From: Candidatus Woesearchaeota archaeon
GTDB lineage: Archaea; Nanobdellota; Nanobdellia; Pacearchaeales; GW2011-AR1
Assembly (NCBI GenBank): GCA_964482915.1
Contig: CAYZYU010000001.1
Location: 34,266 to 88,563 of the forward strand
Length of the DNA: 54,298 bases
Direction of reading: 5' to 3'
Of the stretch, positions 25,953-36,393 are shown piece by piece. The number at the start of each line of letters is the position of its first letter. The first letter of the stretch is position 1. The translations under genes and the position numbers were made by a program. Under the pieces are notes generated by a model, which had not been told where the DNA came from, ran no database searches, and saw nothing but the letters and a program-made list of their open reading frames with translations.

Positions 25953-26465
25953 ATGGGAAGGAAGAAAGCAATAAAATTACCCAGTTCTGAAAATGTTTAT
26001 GGGCATGATGATGGCTCTTATGTTGAGAGTACATTAATTGCTCTTCTTGATGAAGCTTCAAATATGGGATTGAAAGATAATGATAGGATAATAACTATGT
26101 GTGAATATCTCCCTGATGATTTTCCTGATGATATTGATCCAACCCTTGCTGATTTAAAATTAAAAAAAGAAATTATGAGATATAAAGATCTTAAGGATAC
26201 TTATAAAATGAGTTTTGGCAGAGAATATTCTCCTCAAACAGATGAAGAAAGAAGAGATTTTAGAATGGCTGTTATAGAGAGAGAAGCTCAAAGAAGAGGT
26301 GCTTGGGGCTGGTATGTTCAGACTATGGCCTTTACTCGAGCAGCTGAAAAAGAACAAAAAAGAGAAGAACAATTAAGAGGAAAAGATTCAATCGAAAAAG
26401 AGAGATTAAAAAAAGAATGGGAAAAAGAAGATAACAACAACATTAGAACACTGTATATAGCATAA
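25953..26465 (+). CDS. hypothetical protein
   Basis: First ATG is at 25953 (the track used TTG 25941). Charged C-terminal half. Confidence 0.6.
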   Translation: MGRKKAIKLPSSENVYGHDDGSYVESTLIALLDEASNMGLKDNDRIITMCEYLPDDFPDDIDPTLADLKLKKEIMRYKDLKDTYKMSFGREYSPQTDEERRDFRMAVIEREAQRRGAWGWYVQTMAFTRAAEKEQKREEQLRGKDSIEKERLKKEWEKEDNNNIRTLYIA

Positions 26466-26620
26466 TTTTACAAACTAATTATAAGCTTTTTCCTGATTTA
26501 TCTTCCGCAAGATTTAAATATACATTGCTACGTGTATACACTAGGTATATACAAAAACCTCTTTTCAACCCTTGCCACACTCGAGGAAAAATACCTCGAT
26601 TGTGTGGCTTTATAATTGAA

Positions 26621-26803
26621 ATGTATTATAAAATGGATTACAAAAATTCAAACTATGAAGTACGAAAAATGTCCAGTGAGTACAATCTAAGTAATTATAG
26701 GAATATGTACAATCATATTTCCTCTGGTGAAAAAAGTTATATGAATTGTATAAAATATGTTCCTAATACTACTCGTACAGGAAATTATATTCATTCGAAC
26801 TAA
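26621..26803 (+). CDS. possible small Tyr/Asn-rich protein
   Basis: 60 codons from ATG 26621 within track ORF 26525-26803. Ends 3 nt before the next gene. Composition is odd, so it may be non-coding leader. Confidence 0.3.
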   Translation: MYYKMDYKNSNYEVRKMSSEYNLSNYRNMYNHISSGEKSYMNCIKYVPNTTRTGNYIHSN

Positions 26804-26806
26804 ACA

Positions 26807-27307
26807 ATGGCAAACGATATATTCAATAACACAATATTATGCAGTAAATGCGGTAAAAAAATGCAGAAAGCTCAAGTTGTTAAAAATGGGTTTTTAATTC
26901 GTTTGATGGTCTGCCCTACAGAAGGATGCAATGAAAAGATAGTCCATCCTGTTGATGAACAAGAATACAACAAATTTATAAATTTAAGGAATAAAGAATT
27001 CAGAGTCAAAATGAGATTAGTTGGAAATAGTTATGCTGTTTCAATACCTAAGGAAATAGTCTCTTTCATGAACGAACAAACAAGGATGATGGATGAGATG
27101 GTAAAATTATGTTTTGAAGACTTTGGAAGAGTTAGCTTAAATTTTGGAAATAGTGAGGATAAGAATACAAGAGTTATCAAGACCAGAGAGTATAAGGTAA
27201 TTAAAAATAATCAACCAGTCATACACGCACAACAGTTTTATGACTCTGCTCATCCAGAAAACAATAAAAACCTCTTAATCAAAAAAGACAAGGAGAAATT
27301 AAAGTAA
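26807..27307 (+). CDS. zinc-ribbon plus SpoVT/AbrB-like domain protein
   Basis: CSKCGKK...CPTEGC ribbon, then RLVGNSYAVSIPKEIVSFM, typical of a swapped-hairpin AbrB fold. Stop lies 1 nt before cdc48. Confidence 0.7.
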   Translation: MANDIFNNTILCSKCGKKMQKAQVVKNGFLIRLMVCPTEGCNEKIVHPVDEQEYNKFINLRNKEFRVKMRLVGNSYAVSIPKEIVSFMNEQTRMMDEMVKLCFEDFGRVSLNFGNSEDKNTRVIKTREYKVIKNNQPVIHAQQFYDSAHPENNKNLLIKKDKEKLK

Positions 27308-27308
27308 T

Positions 27309-29639
27309 ATGACTAAAAAAACAATTCAATTGAAAGTTGTAGAAGCATTGCAGGATGATGCATATAAAGGCATAGCAAGGATAGATGCTGAACTCATGAA
27401 AGAACTTGAACTGAAAAGAGGAGATGCAATAACAATCAAGGGAAACAGAGAAACAATTGCAATAGTTGACAGATCTTATCCTGCTGATGTTGGAGAAGGA
27501 ATAATAAGAATTGACGGTATTCAGAGAAAAAATGCTAAAACAGGAATTGGAGAAGTTGTTTCAATTTCAAAAGCAGAAATAAAAGAAGCTAAGAAAATAA
27601 TGATTGCTCCTGCACAAAAAGGGATAATGGTTCAGGGAGACCCACAGGGATTAAGAAATGGATTGCTTGGTAGAACTGTTGTTAAAGGAGATATAGTCGT
27701 TCTTGGAGGTGTTCAGAGAAGAAGAGACTTGATGTCAGAAGGATTCGGGGATTTAGGAGAACTTGAAGATATTTTTGGTGAATTTTTTGGAAATATGGGG
27801 ATGGGAAATCTTGGGGGAAGAATTTCTCAGATTAAATTTTTAGTTGTTAATGTAAATCCTAATCAACCTGTAAGAATAACAGAGAATACAGAAGTCTCTT
27901 TGAATCCAAAGGCTGTTGAGACAACAGAAGAAAATATTCCAGAGATAAATTATGAAGATATTGGGGGATTGAGTGATGAGATAAGAAAGATACGTGAGAT
28001 GGTAGAAATTCCTATGAAACACCCAGAGATATTTGAAAGACTTGGTATAGTCCCTCCTAAAGGGGTTCTTTTACATGGTCCTCCTGGAACAGGTAAGACC
28101 TTGCTTGCTAAAGCAGTTGCTAATGAATCTGAATCAAATTTTATATTATTAAACGGACCAGAAATAATGTCTAAGTTTTATGGAGAATCAGAGAAGAAAA
28201 TAAGAGATATTTTTGAAGAGGCTGAAAAAACAGCTCCTACAATAATTTTTATTGATGAATTGGATGCTATTGCTCCTAAGAGGGAAGAAGTTACAGGAGA
28301 AGTTGAAAGAAGAGTTGTCTCCCAGATATTGACTATGATGGATGGTCTAAAATCTCGTGGTAAAGTAATTGTTATTGGTGCTACAAACAGAGTAAATGCA
28401 ATTGATCCTGCATTGAGAAGACCAGGTAGATTTGACAGAGAAATAGAAGTTGGAGTACCAAGTAAAGATGGAAGATTACAAATTTTGAAGATTCACACAA
28501 GAGGAATGCCTCTTACAAAGAATGTAAAACTAGAAGAACTTGCTTCTTTGACACATGGTTTTGTTGGTGCAGATTTAGAAGCTCTTGCTAAAGAAGCTGC
28601 TATGAATGTACTTAGAAAATATCTTCCTCAAATGAAATTGGATGGAGAGGAGCAAATTCCTAAAGATGTTTTAGAAAAATTAGTAATCAGTCAGGAAGAT
28701 TTTACTGATGCTCTTAAAGTTGTAAGACCAAGCGCGATGAGAGAAGTTCTTGTTGAAACTCCTAATGTTAATTGGGAAGATGTTGGAGGTTTAGAAGAAG
28801 TCAAACAAGAATTAAAAGAAGCTGTTGAATGGCCAATGAAATATCCTGAAAGTTTTACGAGAATGGGAATAAGGCCTTCAAGAGGTATTTTACTTTATGG
28901 TCCTCCTGGAACAGGAAAAACTTTGCTTGCTAAAGCTGTAGCCAAAGAATCAGAAGCTAATTTCATACAAGTTAAAGGACCTTCTTTATTGAGTATGTGG
29001 GTTGGAAAATCTGAAGAAGGTATGAGAAAAATATTTGAAAGAGCAAGACAGGTTGCACCTTGTGTAATTTTCTTTGATGAGATTGATTCTTTAGCTGGAA
29101 AGAGAGGAGTAGATATGGGAACTAAAGTTACTGAGAGAGTTCTTAATCAAATGCTTGCTGAAATGGATGGTTTGGAAGATCTAAAAGATATTTTAGTTAT
29201 TGGTGCAACAAATAGGCCAGATATGTTAGATCCTGCTTTGTTAAGGCCTGGAAGATTTGATAAAATACTTTTAGTGAACGCCCCTGATCAAAAAGGTAGA
29301 TTAAACATATTAAAAATACATACACAAAAGATGCCATTAGGAGATGGAAAGAAAGCTTTTAGTGAAAAAGAAAGAGAGAACTTCTTAAAAGAACTTGCAG
29401 AAAAAACAGAAGGATACACGGGTGCAGATTTAGAATCTCTTTCAAGAGAAGCAGCTTTACTCTCTCTTAGAGAATCAATAGAATCTAAATTTGTCACAGA
29501 GAAACAATTTGAAGGTGCTCTTAAAAAAGTCAAACCAAGTATAACCAAATCCACAATTGATGCATATAAAAAGATAGAAGATGCTTTCTTCAAATCCGCT
29601 AAAACAGCTGTGCCTGAGGCTAGTAGCTATTTAGGATAA
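27309..29639 (+). CDS. cdc48: Cdc48/VCP/VAT-type AAA+ ATPase
   Basis: N domain ([25 protein letters not shown]) and two AAA modules, each with GPPGTGKTL Walker A, IIFIDE/VIFFDE Walker B and a second region of homology. Confidence 0.93.
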   Translation: MTKKTIQLKVVEALQDDAYKGIARIDAELMKELELKRGDAITIKGNRETIAIVDRSYPADVGEGIIRIDGIQRKNAKTGIGEVVSISKAEIKEAKKIMIAPAQKGIMVQGDPQGLRNGLLGRTVVKGDIVVLGGVQRRRDLMSEGFGDLGELEDIFGEFFGNMGMGNLGGRISQIKFLVVNVNPNQPVRITENTEVSLNPKAVETTEENIPEINYEDIGGLSDEIRKIREMVEIPMKHPEIFERLGIVPPKGVLLHGPPGTGKTLLAKAVANESESNFILLNGPEIMSKFYGESEKKIRDIFEEAEKTAPTIIFIDELDAIAPKREEVTGEVERRVVSQILTMMDGLKSRGKVIVIGATNRVNAIDPALRRPGRFDREIEVGVPSKDGRLQILKIHTRGMPLTKNVKLEELASLTHGFVGADLEALAKEAAMNVLRKYLPQMKLDGEEQIPKDVLEKLVISQEDFTDALKVVRPSAMREVLVETPNVNWEDVGGLEEVKQELKEAVEWPMKYPESFTRMGIRPSRGILLYGPPGTGKTLLAKAVAKESEANFIQVKGPSLLSMWVGKSEEGMRKIFERARQVAPCVIFFDEIDSLAGKRGVDMGTKVTERVLNQMLAEMDGLEDLKDILVIGATNRPDMLDPALLRPGRFDKILLVNAPDQKGRLNILKIHTQKMPLGDGKKAFSEKERENFLKELAEKTEGYTGADLESLSREAALLSLRESIESKFVTEKQFEGALKKVKPSITKSTIDAYKKIEDAFFKSAKTAVPEASSYLG

Positions 29640-29697
29640 ATATATTTTATATCTTTTATAATGATAATTCTTATAAATTGAATTATATTTCTCAATC

Positions 29698-30069
29698 GTG
29701 CTCAAAAATACTGATATATATTCAAAATATTCTAAGACAATAGAGAAATTTAAGAAAGAAATCTACTTTTATTGTGATTATAACATAAATTCAGAAGTAC
29801 TTTTTCCAGCATTTGTTAATTTATGGCCTGAAAATGTTGGACAAAATAGATGTTTATCGGGTAAAGATTTAGCAATTGTCACTTCAGATATTCTACAGGA
29901 ATTGGTTGATAAAGGTGTTTTAATTGTAATATCTAAGGATGAAAGATCTCATAATCCTTATGCATTATATAAAATTCAAGAACATAAGAATTTAATGAAA
30001 TATAATCCTTTTATTGAAAAAAAGATAGAGATAATTAATTTATTGAATGCTCCACTTAAGAAAATTTAG
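29698..30069 (+). CDS. hypothetical protein
   Basis: 123-aa ORF starting at GTG with no early ATG. Confidence 0.45.
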   Translation: MLKNTDIYSKYSKTIEKFKKEIYFYCDYNINSEVLFPAFVNLWPENVGQNRCLSGKDLAIVTSDILQELVDKGVLIVISKDERSHNPYALYKIQEHKNLMKYNPFIEKKIEIINLLNAPLKKI

Positions 30070-30070
30070 T

Positions 30071-30958
30071 TTATTTTTCGCTTGTTGTAATTATCTTTTT
30101 ACCGTTTTCTTCAATAAGTATTGTATCTTCTGATTGTGCAACAATCCCTTTTCCAACTTCAACTAATTGGGCATAATGGTGTAAATTTCCATTTTGCTCT
30201 AATTGATTTAGTGCTATTAATGATTTTGTTCCAAATTTTTTAACAAGCCAACGCGAGCAAAAAGGAAGTTGATTGTATTCTTCTGTAATAAATTCTAGAA
30301 TTTCCCTTGCACTAGGGTTTCTTATATTCTTATAATCAATTAATGAATAAATTCCCGAAGGTTTTCCATCTTTTACTTTTCCAGAACCATTAGTTGCAAA
30401 GGGTTCTATTGCATATAATCCCGGTTGTATCTCTGAAAGTCTTTTATCATCAATATTGGGTATACTTATTCCAGCATGAAGTTCATACTGCTCTATCTGA
30501 TGACCTGAAAGATTAATTATTGGAGAGAACCCATATGATTCTATTGATTCTTGAATAGCTTTTCCAATCTTATTTGTATACGTTCCTTTTTCAATTGTCT
30601 TCTTTGCTTGTTCTAATGCTTTTTCAGATGCCTCAATCAATTTTTTATTTTCTTGAGAGTTTTCTAAATCTACTGAAAAAGAAGTATCAGAAACAAATCC
30701 ATTAACATGGACTCCAAAATCCACTTTAATTAATCCATGAGCTTTGGTTTCATCATTATAGGAAGGAGTGTAATGTGCTGCAATCTCATTAATTGAAAGA
30801 TTAGTGGGAAATGCAGGTTTCCCTCCTAATTCAATTATTTTAGATTCAATTTTCTCTGCTAATTCTAATAATAAAGCATCTTTTTTTACTTGTGGTCTAA
30901 TCCACTTCTTAACTTCCTGGGCTATTTTACCAGCAAGAATTATTTCTTTATTTGTCAT
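30071..30958 (-). CDS. map: methionine aminopeptidase, type 2
   Basis: AHYTP, DFGVHVNGFVSDTSFS, GHQIEQYELHAG and the archaeal-type C-terminal insert. Confidence 0.9.
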   Translation of the reverse strand: MTNKEIILAGKIAQEVKKWIRPQVKKDALLLELAEKIESKIIELGGKPAFPTNLSINEIAAHYTPSYNDETKAHGLIKVDFGVHVNGFVSDTSFSVDLENSQENKKLIEASEKALEQAKKTIEKGTYTNKIGKAIQESIESYGFSPIINLSGHQIEQYELHAGISIPNIDDKRLSEIQPGLYAIEPFATNGSGKVKDGKPSGIYSLIDYKNIRNPSAREILEFITEEYNQLPFCSRWLVKKFGTKSLIALNQLEQNGNLHHYAQLVEVGKGIVAQSEDTILIEENGKKIITTSEK

Positions 30959-30985
30959 GTTTTATTCTGCCATCGTAGGTTCTTT

Positions 30986-31270
30986 CTAAGAACCCCGTTT
31001 TCTTCTTAATTTTTTACTTCTTCTTTTGTATAAAGCTCTATTTACCCAGTAAACAATTGCGATTATTATGTAAAGTATAATCAAATATTGCCCTATTGCA
31101 AGTTTTATTACGTTTCCAACTATACCATATTCATTTAATACCCTTACTTTCCAGAACCAGAAAGCAGTCCAGAGAAATATTAAGATACCTGAAGTTACCC
31201 AGAGGAATTTTACTGTTTTATTCATTTTATTAAGAGGAGGATATGGTTTAATTATCTTTCTAAAAATCAC
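30986..31270 (-). CDS. small membrane protein
   Basis: 94 aa with two predicted TM helices and a basic tail. Overlaps the polB stop by 11 nt. Confidence 0.55.
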   Translation of the reverse strand: MIFRKIIKPYPPLNKMNKTVKFLWVTSGILIFLWTAFWFWKVRVLNEYGIVGNVIKLAIGQYLIILYIIIAIVYWVNRALYKRRSKKLRRKRGS

Positions 31271-33716
31271 TTAATTTTTTTTGATTCTTTTTGTTTATTA
31301 AATCTTTTACATCTACATTAAATACCTGGAAAATGTTTTCAACTGCAGGAAGAATCTGCCTGTCAAGATAATATTCTATATTATATTCTCCTTCCTCATT
31401 TGGCAATTTTACTTTTTCCCTTACTAGCTTGCAATTTTTATCATTTGTTTCTGCAATATAATATTCTATTAGATTTCCTTCATCTACTGCAATAGAATGT
31501 TCTCTCATCTTCTTTGCAGCAATAACATGAGGGGAAATTGCTTTATACTCTGAGATTGATTTTTTTAGCTGAGTACGTATTATTAATTCTTCTTTGTCTA
31601 TTTTTCTTTCTTTTAATTTCTTAACTATCTCTTTAACATAATCCATGGCTTCTTTTTCATTGCCTTTTTCTAAGACTAGTTTTATTACTCTATTCTGGAC
31701 CTCTCTTGCAAGGTCACACCAATCTCTTCTTACTGTTTCAAATCCTCTAATTTTTATCTTTCCATCTTCGTCTATTAATGCATATTTCTTTTTTGCTCCG
31801 AAATCTCCTGTTCTTTTTGTTACCCATAAGCCTCTTTTGAAAAATCCTTCTAAATCTAGTTCCATTATTCCAGGTAAGTCCTTGTTTATCTTATTAAGAA
31901 GTTCTAGGACTTGTTTTTTGGTCTTTTTCCCTAAGATTACTGCTATAGAATCTGTATCGCTGTAAACAGGTTCAAATCCCTCTTTTTCAAAGATATTAAT
32001 TGCTTTTTGAATATTCTCTCTTGCAAAGTAAGCTGTTGAGGAAGCTGCTTCAATAGAATAATATCTTGCTCCAAAAAATCCCTGATAACCATAAGCCGCA
32101 TTTGCAATAAGTTTGAATGCATTACTTCTTGCTTTTAGTATTGGTGTTGGATTTTTATTATAATCTTCCTTGAATTTTCTTCTTTTCATTATTATCTCTT
32201 TAAGTAGTTCTGGGATAAATCCAGGTTCCTTGGAGAAATACACTTTTTCTTTTTGATATTCTCCAACATAAGAATTCTTTTTGTCTTCAGTATGCGTAGA
32301 TTTGGATAAGTTGTAGCTAACAATTACGCTTCCGTAGGAACTTGAGAAATCAAAGAATGCAATATTTTCATATAAACCTGGTTTTGGCTGGAATACAAAT
32401 GCTCCCTGATACTTTTCTCTATTTCTCCTTTCTGATATCTCTGGATTGTAAGGTTTTTTTTCCGGAATTTCATTGAATCTATCCAGATTATGGATAATGT
32501 AATCTTCAAAACTACTTGCCATAGTTGTCCTAGATACATTGAACAAAGGTTCTTTGGTTATGCTTGTTATCTCTTCCATGTCTGGCCAGACTTTTTCAAA
32601 AAGTTTGTAAGTCAATTCAGAATCTTTTAGATTATATTCATAAAATTTCTCCCAATCTACTTTGCTTTTTTTTGATTCTTCCAATGGACTTAATTCTATT
32701 TTTCCTTCTCCAAGAAGTTCATTAGAGACTTCATTAAGGGAAAGAGTCTCTGATTGCATGTATTGGGAATACGCATTTCTTATGAATCTTAGTAAATCTA
32801 TATGCACAATCCCTTTTATCTTTCCTGTTAAAAATATTCCTCTAGAGAAAACTGGTTGTGAATTGTCTATCCCAAGATTTAATCTTATCTTTAGTTTTTC
32901 TGCACGTGCTTTTATATAAGGCAAATCAAAGCCATCTGAAAAATATCCTGTTAGTATATCTGGAGAAAGTTCTTGAATATTTTTTGTAAACGCTTCAATC
33001 ATCTCTTTTTCATCTTTAAATTTTTCAACAAAAGATTTTTTGGATGAGTCTTTCCAGGTAAGCACTTTTTTGAAATTTTCTCCATATAAAGAGATCATAA
33101 GAATTTCTCCTTTTCCAAGTTCTAGTTCCTTTGCTTCAATATCATAAGCAATTATCTTTGGAGTAAATCTCTTTTTTTCTTCAGCAAGTTTCTTTAGAGA
33201 TTTTAATTCTATACAAAAATCTAATTGTAGATTAGAATCAATTCCTCCAAATTTATCTGAATTGTGAAGCATCTCTCCTTCAATTTCATACCATTGAAGA
33301 GGGTTTAATTTTCTTTCAATAATATAATGTGTGATAAAGCCCAAGTCATATCCTCTTCTTTTATCAATTTCTTCAAAGTCTAATTTATCTGCTAAGTCAT
33401 GTAAATCTTTGTAATTTGTTGCAAAAATCTTTAAGGCCTCAACCTTTTTTCCTAAGAATTTCTTTTCATGAATCTCTATCTTTTCTACTTTAGTCTTCCT
33501 TCCTTTTTCATCTAGACTTATTTGCTTTATACTTTCTATCAAATTGTTCACTTGATTTTTGTTTAATTTTTCTTTAAGAATTGCCCAGAGATAAATAGGG
33601 CAGGTATCAATTATGCAGATTTTTTTACCTTTTTCATCTCTTCCAAAAACCTGAATATAGTTTCTCTCCTCATAATCAAAGGTTTGATAATCTAAGGGTA
33701 TAAATGTTGTTTTCAT
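31260..33716 (-). CDS. polB: DNA polymerase, family B
   Basis: Exo I IAYDIEA, Exo III YEYNLKDSELT, motif B KLIANAAYGY, motif C VYSDTDS. Motif A is deviant (DFSSSYGSVI). C-terminal QKKLSDF is PIP-like. Confidence 0.93.
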   Translation of the reverse strand: MKTTFIPLDYQTFDYEERNYIQVFGRDEKGKKICIIDTCPIYLWAILKEKLNKNQVNNLIESIKQISLDEKGRKTKVEKIEIHEKKFLGKKVEALKIFATNYKDLHDLADKLDFEEIDKRRGYDLGFITHYIIERKLNPLQWYEIEGEMLHNSDKFGGIDSNLQLDFCIELKSLKKLAEEKKRFTPKIIAYDIEAKELELGKGEILMISLYGENFKKVLTWKDSSKKSFVEKFKDEKEMIEAFTKNIQELSPDILTGYFSDGFDLPYIKARAEKLKIRLNLGIDNSQPVFSRGIFLTGKIKGIVHIDLLRFIRNAYSQYMQSETLSLNEVSNELLGEGKIELSPLEESKKSKVDWEKFYEYNLKDSELTYKLFEKVWPDMEEITSITKEPLFNVSRTTMASSFEDYIIHNLDRFNEIPEKKPYNPEISERRNREKYQGAFVFQPKPGLYENIAFFDFSSSYGSVIVSYNLSKSTHTEDKKNSYVGEYQKEKVYFSKEPGFIPELLKEIIMKRRKFKEDYNKNPTPILKARSNAFKLIANAAYGYQGFFGARYYSIEAASSTAYFARENIQKAINIFEKEGFEPVYSDTDSIAVILGKKTKKQVLELLNKINKDLPGIMELDLEGFFKRGLWVTKRTGDFGAKKKYALIDEDGKIKIRGFETVRRDWCDLAREVQNRVIKLVLEKGNEKEAMDYVKEIVKKLKERKIDKEELIIRTQLKKSISEYKAISPHVIAAKKMREHSIAVDEGNLIEYYIAETNDKNCKLVREKVKLPNEEGEYNIEYYLDRQILPAVENIFQVFNVDVKDLINKKNQKKLSDF

Positions 33717-33821
33717 AAAAGAGTTTAAGGAAAAGAATTATTTAAAGGTTAGGAAAAGATGTTAAAATAGGAATAGGTCTCTTATAGAAACCTTTAAATA
33801 GTACTACTTAGTAGTTACAAT

Positions 33822-34208
33822 ATGGAAAAAGATGGTTTACTTGAGCAGTACATTAAATATACGGAAGATCCTGAAAGTATACCTAGCGATGCATATGCTC
33901 AATCTTTGGTTACTAGAGTTATAAGGAAATATGGTTCTATTGAGAACGCTCAAGAATTAGTTAATATAGAGAAGAAAAAAAGAACCTCTCTTGAAAACAA
34001 ATTTAATTTTATTAAAACAGCTGATGAAATGCATCTTAATCCAGATGAACTTCTTGAAAATAGAGCAGACAAAGAAAATTTAATACTAAAATATGGTTAT
34101 CCCAATGATCCTAATAAAAGAGATTTACTTGCAAAGTACTCTGATGAAAAACTTGGGGAATTTTATAAAAAAATCTATTATTCTATCAAAGGTGAACTCC
34201 CAAAGTAG
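33822..34208 (+). CDS. hypothetical protein
   Basis: 128-aa ORF with no motif. Confidence 0.6.
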   Translation: MEKDGLLEQYIKYTEDPESIPSDAYAQSLVTRVIRKYGSIENAQELVNIEKKKRTSLENKFNFIKTADEMHLNPDELLENRADKENLILKYGYPNDPNKRDLLAKYSDEKLGEFYKKIYYSIKGELPK

Positions 34209-34259
34209 ATAATTATTTATATTTCTTATACTTTGGATTTCAAATATTTTGGAGTTGAA

Positions 34260-35300
34260 ATGGGACTAAATATTCGTGAAATAATACCAAGAAGAGAAGT
34301 TGAAGCTGGAGAATTGCAGGATAAAGTGTTATGTGTTGATGCATTTAACGCTTTATATCAATTCTTGTCCAGTATAAGACAGCCGGATGGGACGCCTTTA
34401 ATGGATAATAAAAAAAGAGTTACAAGTCATCTTTCAGGTATATTTTACAGAAATCTTAATCTTCTTGAAGAAGGCATCAAATTGGTTTATGTTTTTGATG
34501 GAAAACCCCCTGGTTTAAAAGATAAGACTCATGAAGAGAGACAGGGAGCAAGAGATATTGCTAAAGAAAGATATGAATCTGCAAAAGATGAATTAGATAT
34601 TGAAGGGATGAAAAGATACAGTTCTCAGTTGATTAGATTGAATGATGAGATGATAAAGGAGAGTAAAGAGTTACTCGTTGCAATGGGAATACCTGTAATA
34701 CAAGCCCCTTCAGAAGGTGAGGCCCAGGCTGCTTATATGGCAAGAAGTAATAGTAAGGTTTATGCTTCTGTTAGTCAGGATTATGATAGTCTTCTTTTTG
34801 GAGCGCCCAAATTAATAAGGAATCTTACTGTTTCTAGAAAAAGAAAGACCTATAACGGATATGTTGAAGTAAAACCAGAAGTAATTGAACTGGAAAAAGT
34901 ATTTAATTTTCTTGAGATAAATCTTGAACAATTAATTTGCCTTGGTATCCTTGTAGGAACAGATTACAATCCTAAGGGCATTCCAAGAATAGGACAGAAA
35001 AAAGCCTTAGAAATAGTTAAGAAATATAAGGTCCCTTATGAAATATTTAGGAGTGTTGAGGAGCAGATATTAAGTTTACCAGAAGAAGAGAGGTTTAATT
35101 GGCAGGATATATTTGCATTGTTCTATAAACCCGATGTCTCTAAACAAGATTTTGAATTTAAGGCTTTTGATGAGGATAAGATAAAAGAGATACTTGTGGA
35201 AAGACATGACTTTTCTGAAGAAAGAGTTCAGAAGCAGATAGACAAACTAAAACATTTGAAGCAGAAGAATCAGCAAAAAAGCTTAGGTAAATGGTTCTGA
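34260..35300 (+). CDS. fen: flap endonuclease 1
   Basis: Trimmed to ATG 34260 (MGLNIREIIP). XPG-N/XPG-I motifs (VDAFNALYQF, VFDGKPP, PSEGEAQAAYM, SQDYDSLLFG, GTDYNP). C-terminal PIP box QKSLGKWF. Confidence 0.92.
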   Translation: MGLNIREIIPRREVEAGELQDKVLCVDAFNALYQFLSSIRQPDGTPLMDNKKRVTSHLSGIFYRNLNLLEEGIKLVYVFDGKPPGLKDKTHEERQGARDIAKERYESAKDELDIEGMKRYSSQLIRLNDEMIKESKELLVAMGIPVIQAPSEGEAQAAYMARSNSKVYASVSQDYDSLLFGAPKLIRNLTVSRKRKTYNGYVEVKPEVIELEKVFNFLEINLEQLICLGILVGTDYNPKGIPRIGQKKALEIVKKYKVPYEIFRSVEEQILSLPEEERFNWQDIFALFYKPDVSKQDFEFKAFDEDKIKEILVERHDFSEERVQKQIDKLKHLKQKNQQKSLGKWF

Positions 35301-35381
35301 TTTTTCTTATATGAATATTGTTACTTTTTATAAATGGTAACATATAGAAAGATTTATAAATCTCCAGATATCTGAATAAAT

Positions 35382-35825
35382 ATGACAACTAATGATACTA
35401 AAAGGAAGGTTGGTGTATATGGAACAAATTTAGGTGTACCTAGTTTAGTAGGTCTTTTAAAAGATACACCTGTAATAGGAGAATCAATAGCAAAGATTCC
35501 TTCTTCTACTGCTGTCTTGGATACTGTTAGAGATGCTGCAAATCCTTATGGAGCAATTGTTTTCGGAGCAATAGATCTTGCAGGAGCACTTTCAAAAAAA
35601 ATTAGGGATTCTAAATTCACAAGACTTTCACATGTAGCAGGTGCAGGCATTTATGGGGTTCGTACTATTTCAGATTTATTTTCTATAGCTAATGGAGATT
35701 ATGAATCTTTAACAAACCTCTTTTTTGATGGTTTAATGGTTTATAGCTTAAGTAAAGATAGCTTCAAACATTACAAAGGAACAGGTAAAGACCTCTGGGA
35801 TGATTTAACTAAATGGTCTAAATAA
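35382..35825 (+). CDS. hypothetical protein
   Basis: 147-aa Gly/Ala-rich ORF with no motif. Confidence 0.6.
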   Translation: MTTNDTKRKVGVYGTNLGVPSLVGLLKDTPVIGESIAKIPSSTAVLDTVRDAANPYGAIVFGAIDLAGALSKKIRDSKFTRLSHVAGAGIYGVRTISDLFSIANGDYESLTNLFFDGLMVYSLSKDSFKHYKGTGKDLWDDLTKWSK

Positions 35826-35842
35826 GTTTACTCTTAAAATTT

Positions 35843-36325
35843 TTATCTTGAAAAAGTCTGATATTGTCTTCTTTTGTATGATCTTCTTGATTCTTTTACC
35901 ATTAAAATTATTCCTACTATAAGGCAGATTCCTCCAATAATTCTTACTGCTGTTTTTTCATAAACAAACATACTTCCGGCTAAAAGCCCTATTCCTAGAC
36001 AAACTAGTATAAATCTTAATTTTACTTTCCAGAACAAATAGATTAATCCAGCCAGTATTATGAATGGAATTATTGTATAAATAACACTATCACTTATACC
36101 CATATTATAAAAAAACTCGCTAAAATCAAGACCGGTTCTGCTTATTCCATAAATACATAAAAGAGAAACGCAAAATGCGATAATGCTTGCTGAACTTTTA
36201 TCTTTTAAACTTCTGCTTAACGCAAGCTGGATTATAACAAAGAATATTACGAATAATAAAGCAAGAAGAATTACATTTGCATCCACCCCTCCAAATAAAT
36301 CTTCAAACATATTTTTAACAAGCAA
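35843..36325 (-). CDS. integral membrane protein
   Basis: 160 aa with about 5 hydrophobic helices. Confidence 0.65.
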   Translation of the reverse strand: MLVKNMFEDLFGGVDANVILLALLFVIFFVIIQLALSRSLKDKSSASIIAFCVSLLCIYGISRTGLDFSEFFYNMGISDSVIYTIIPFIILAGLIYLFWKVKLRFILVCLGIGLLAGSMFVYEKTAVRIIGGICLIVGIILMVKESRRSYKRRQYQTFSR

Positions 36326-36393
36326 GAGTTATTTATAAACTTATTTTCTAAGTTTTAGGAACATTTAAAATCTTTTTTTATATCCTATTAGAC

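Noticed and set aside
29625-29639. A C-terminal HbYX proteasome-docking motif on Cdc48.
   Set aside because: The protein ends ...SSYLG. The Tyr is antepenultimate, not penultimate, so the canonical HbYX pattern is not met.
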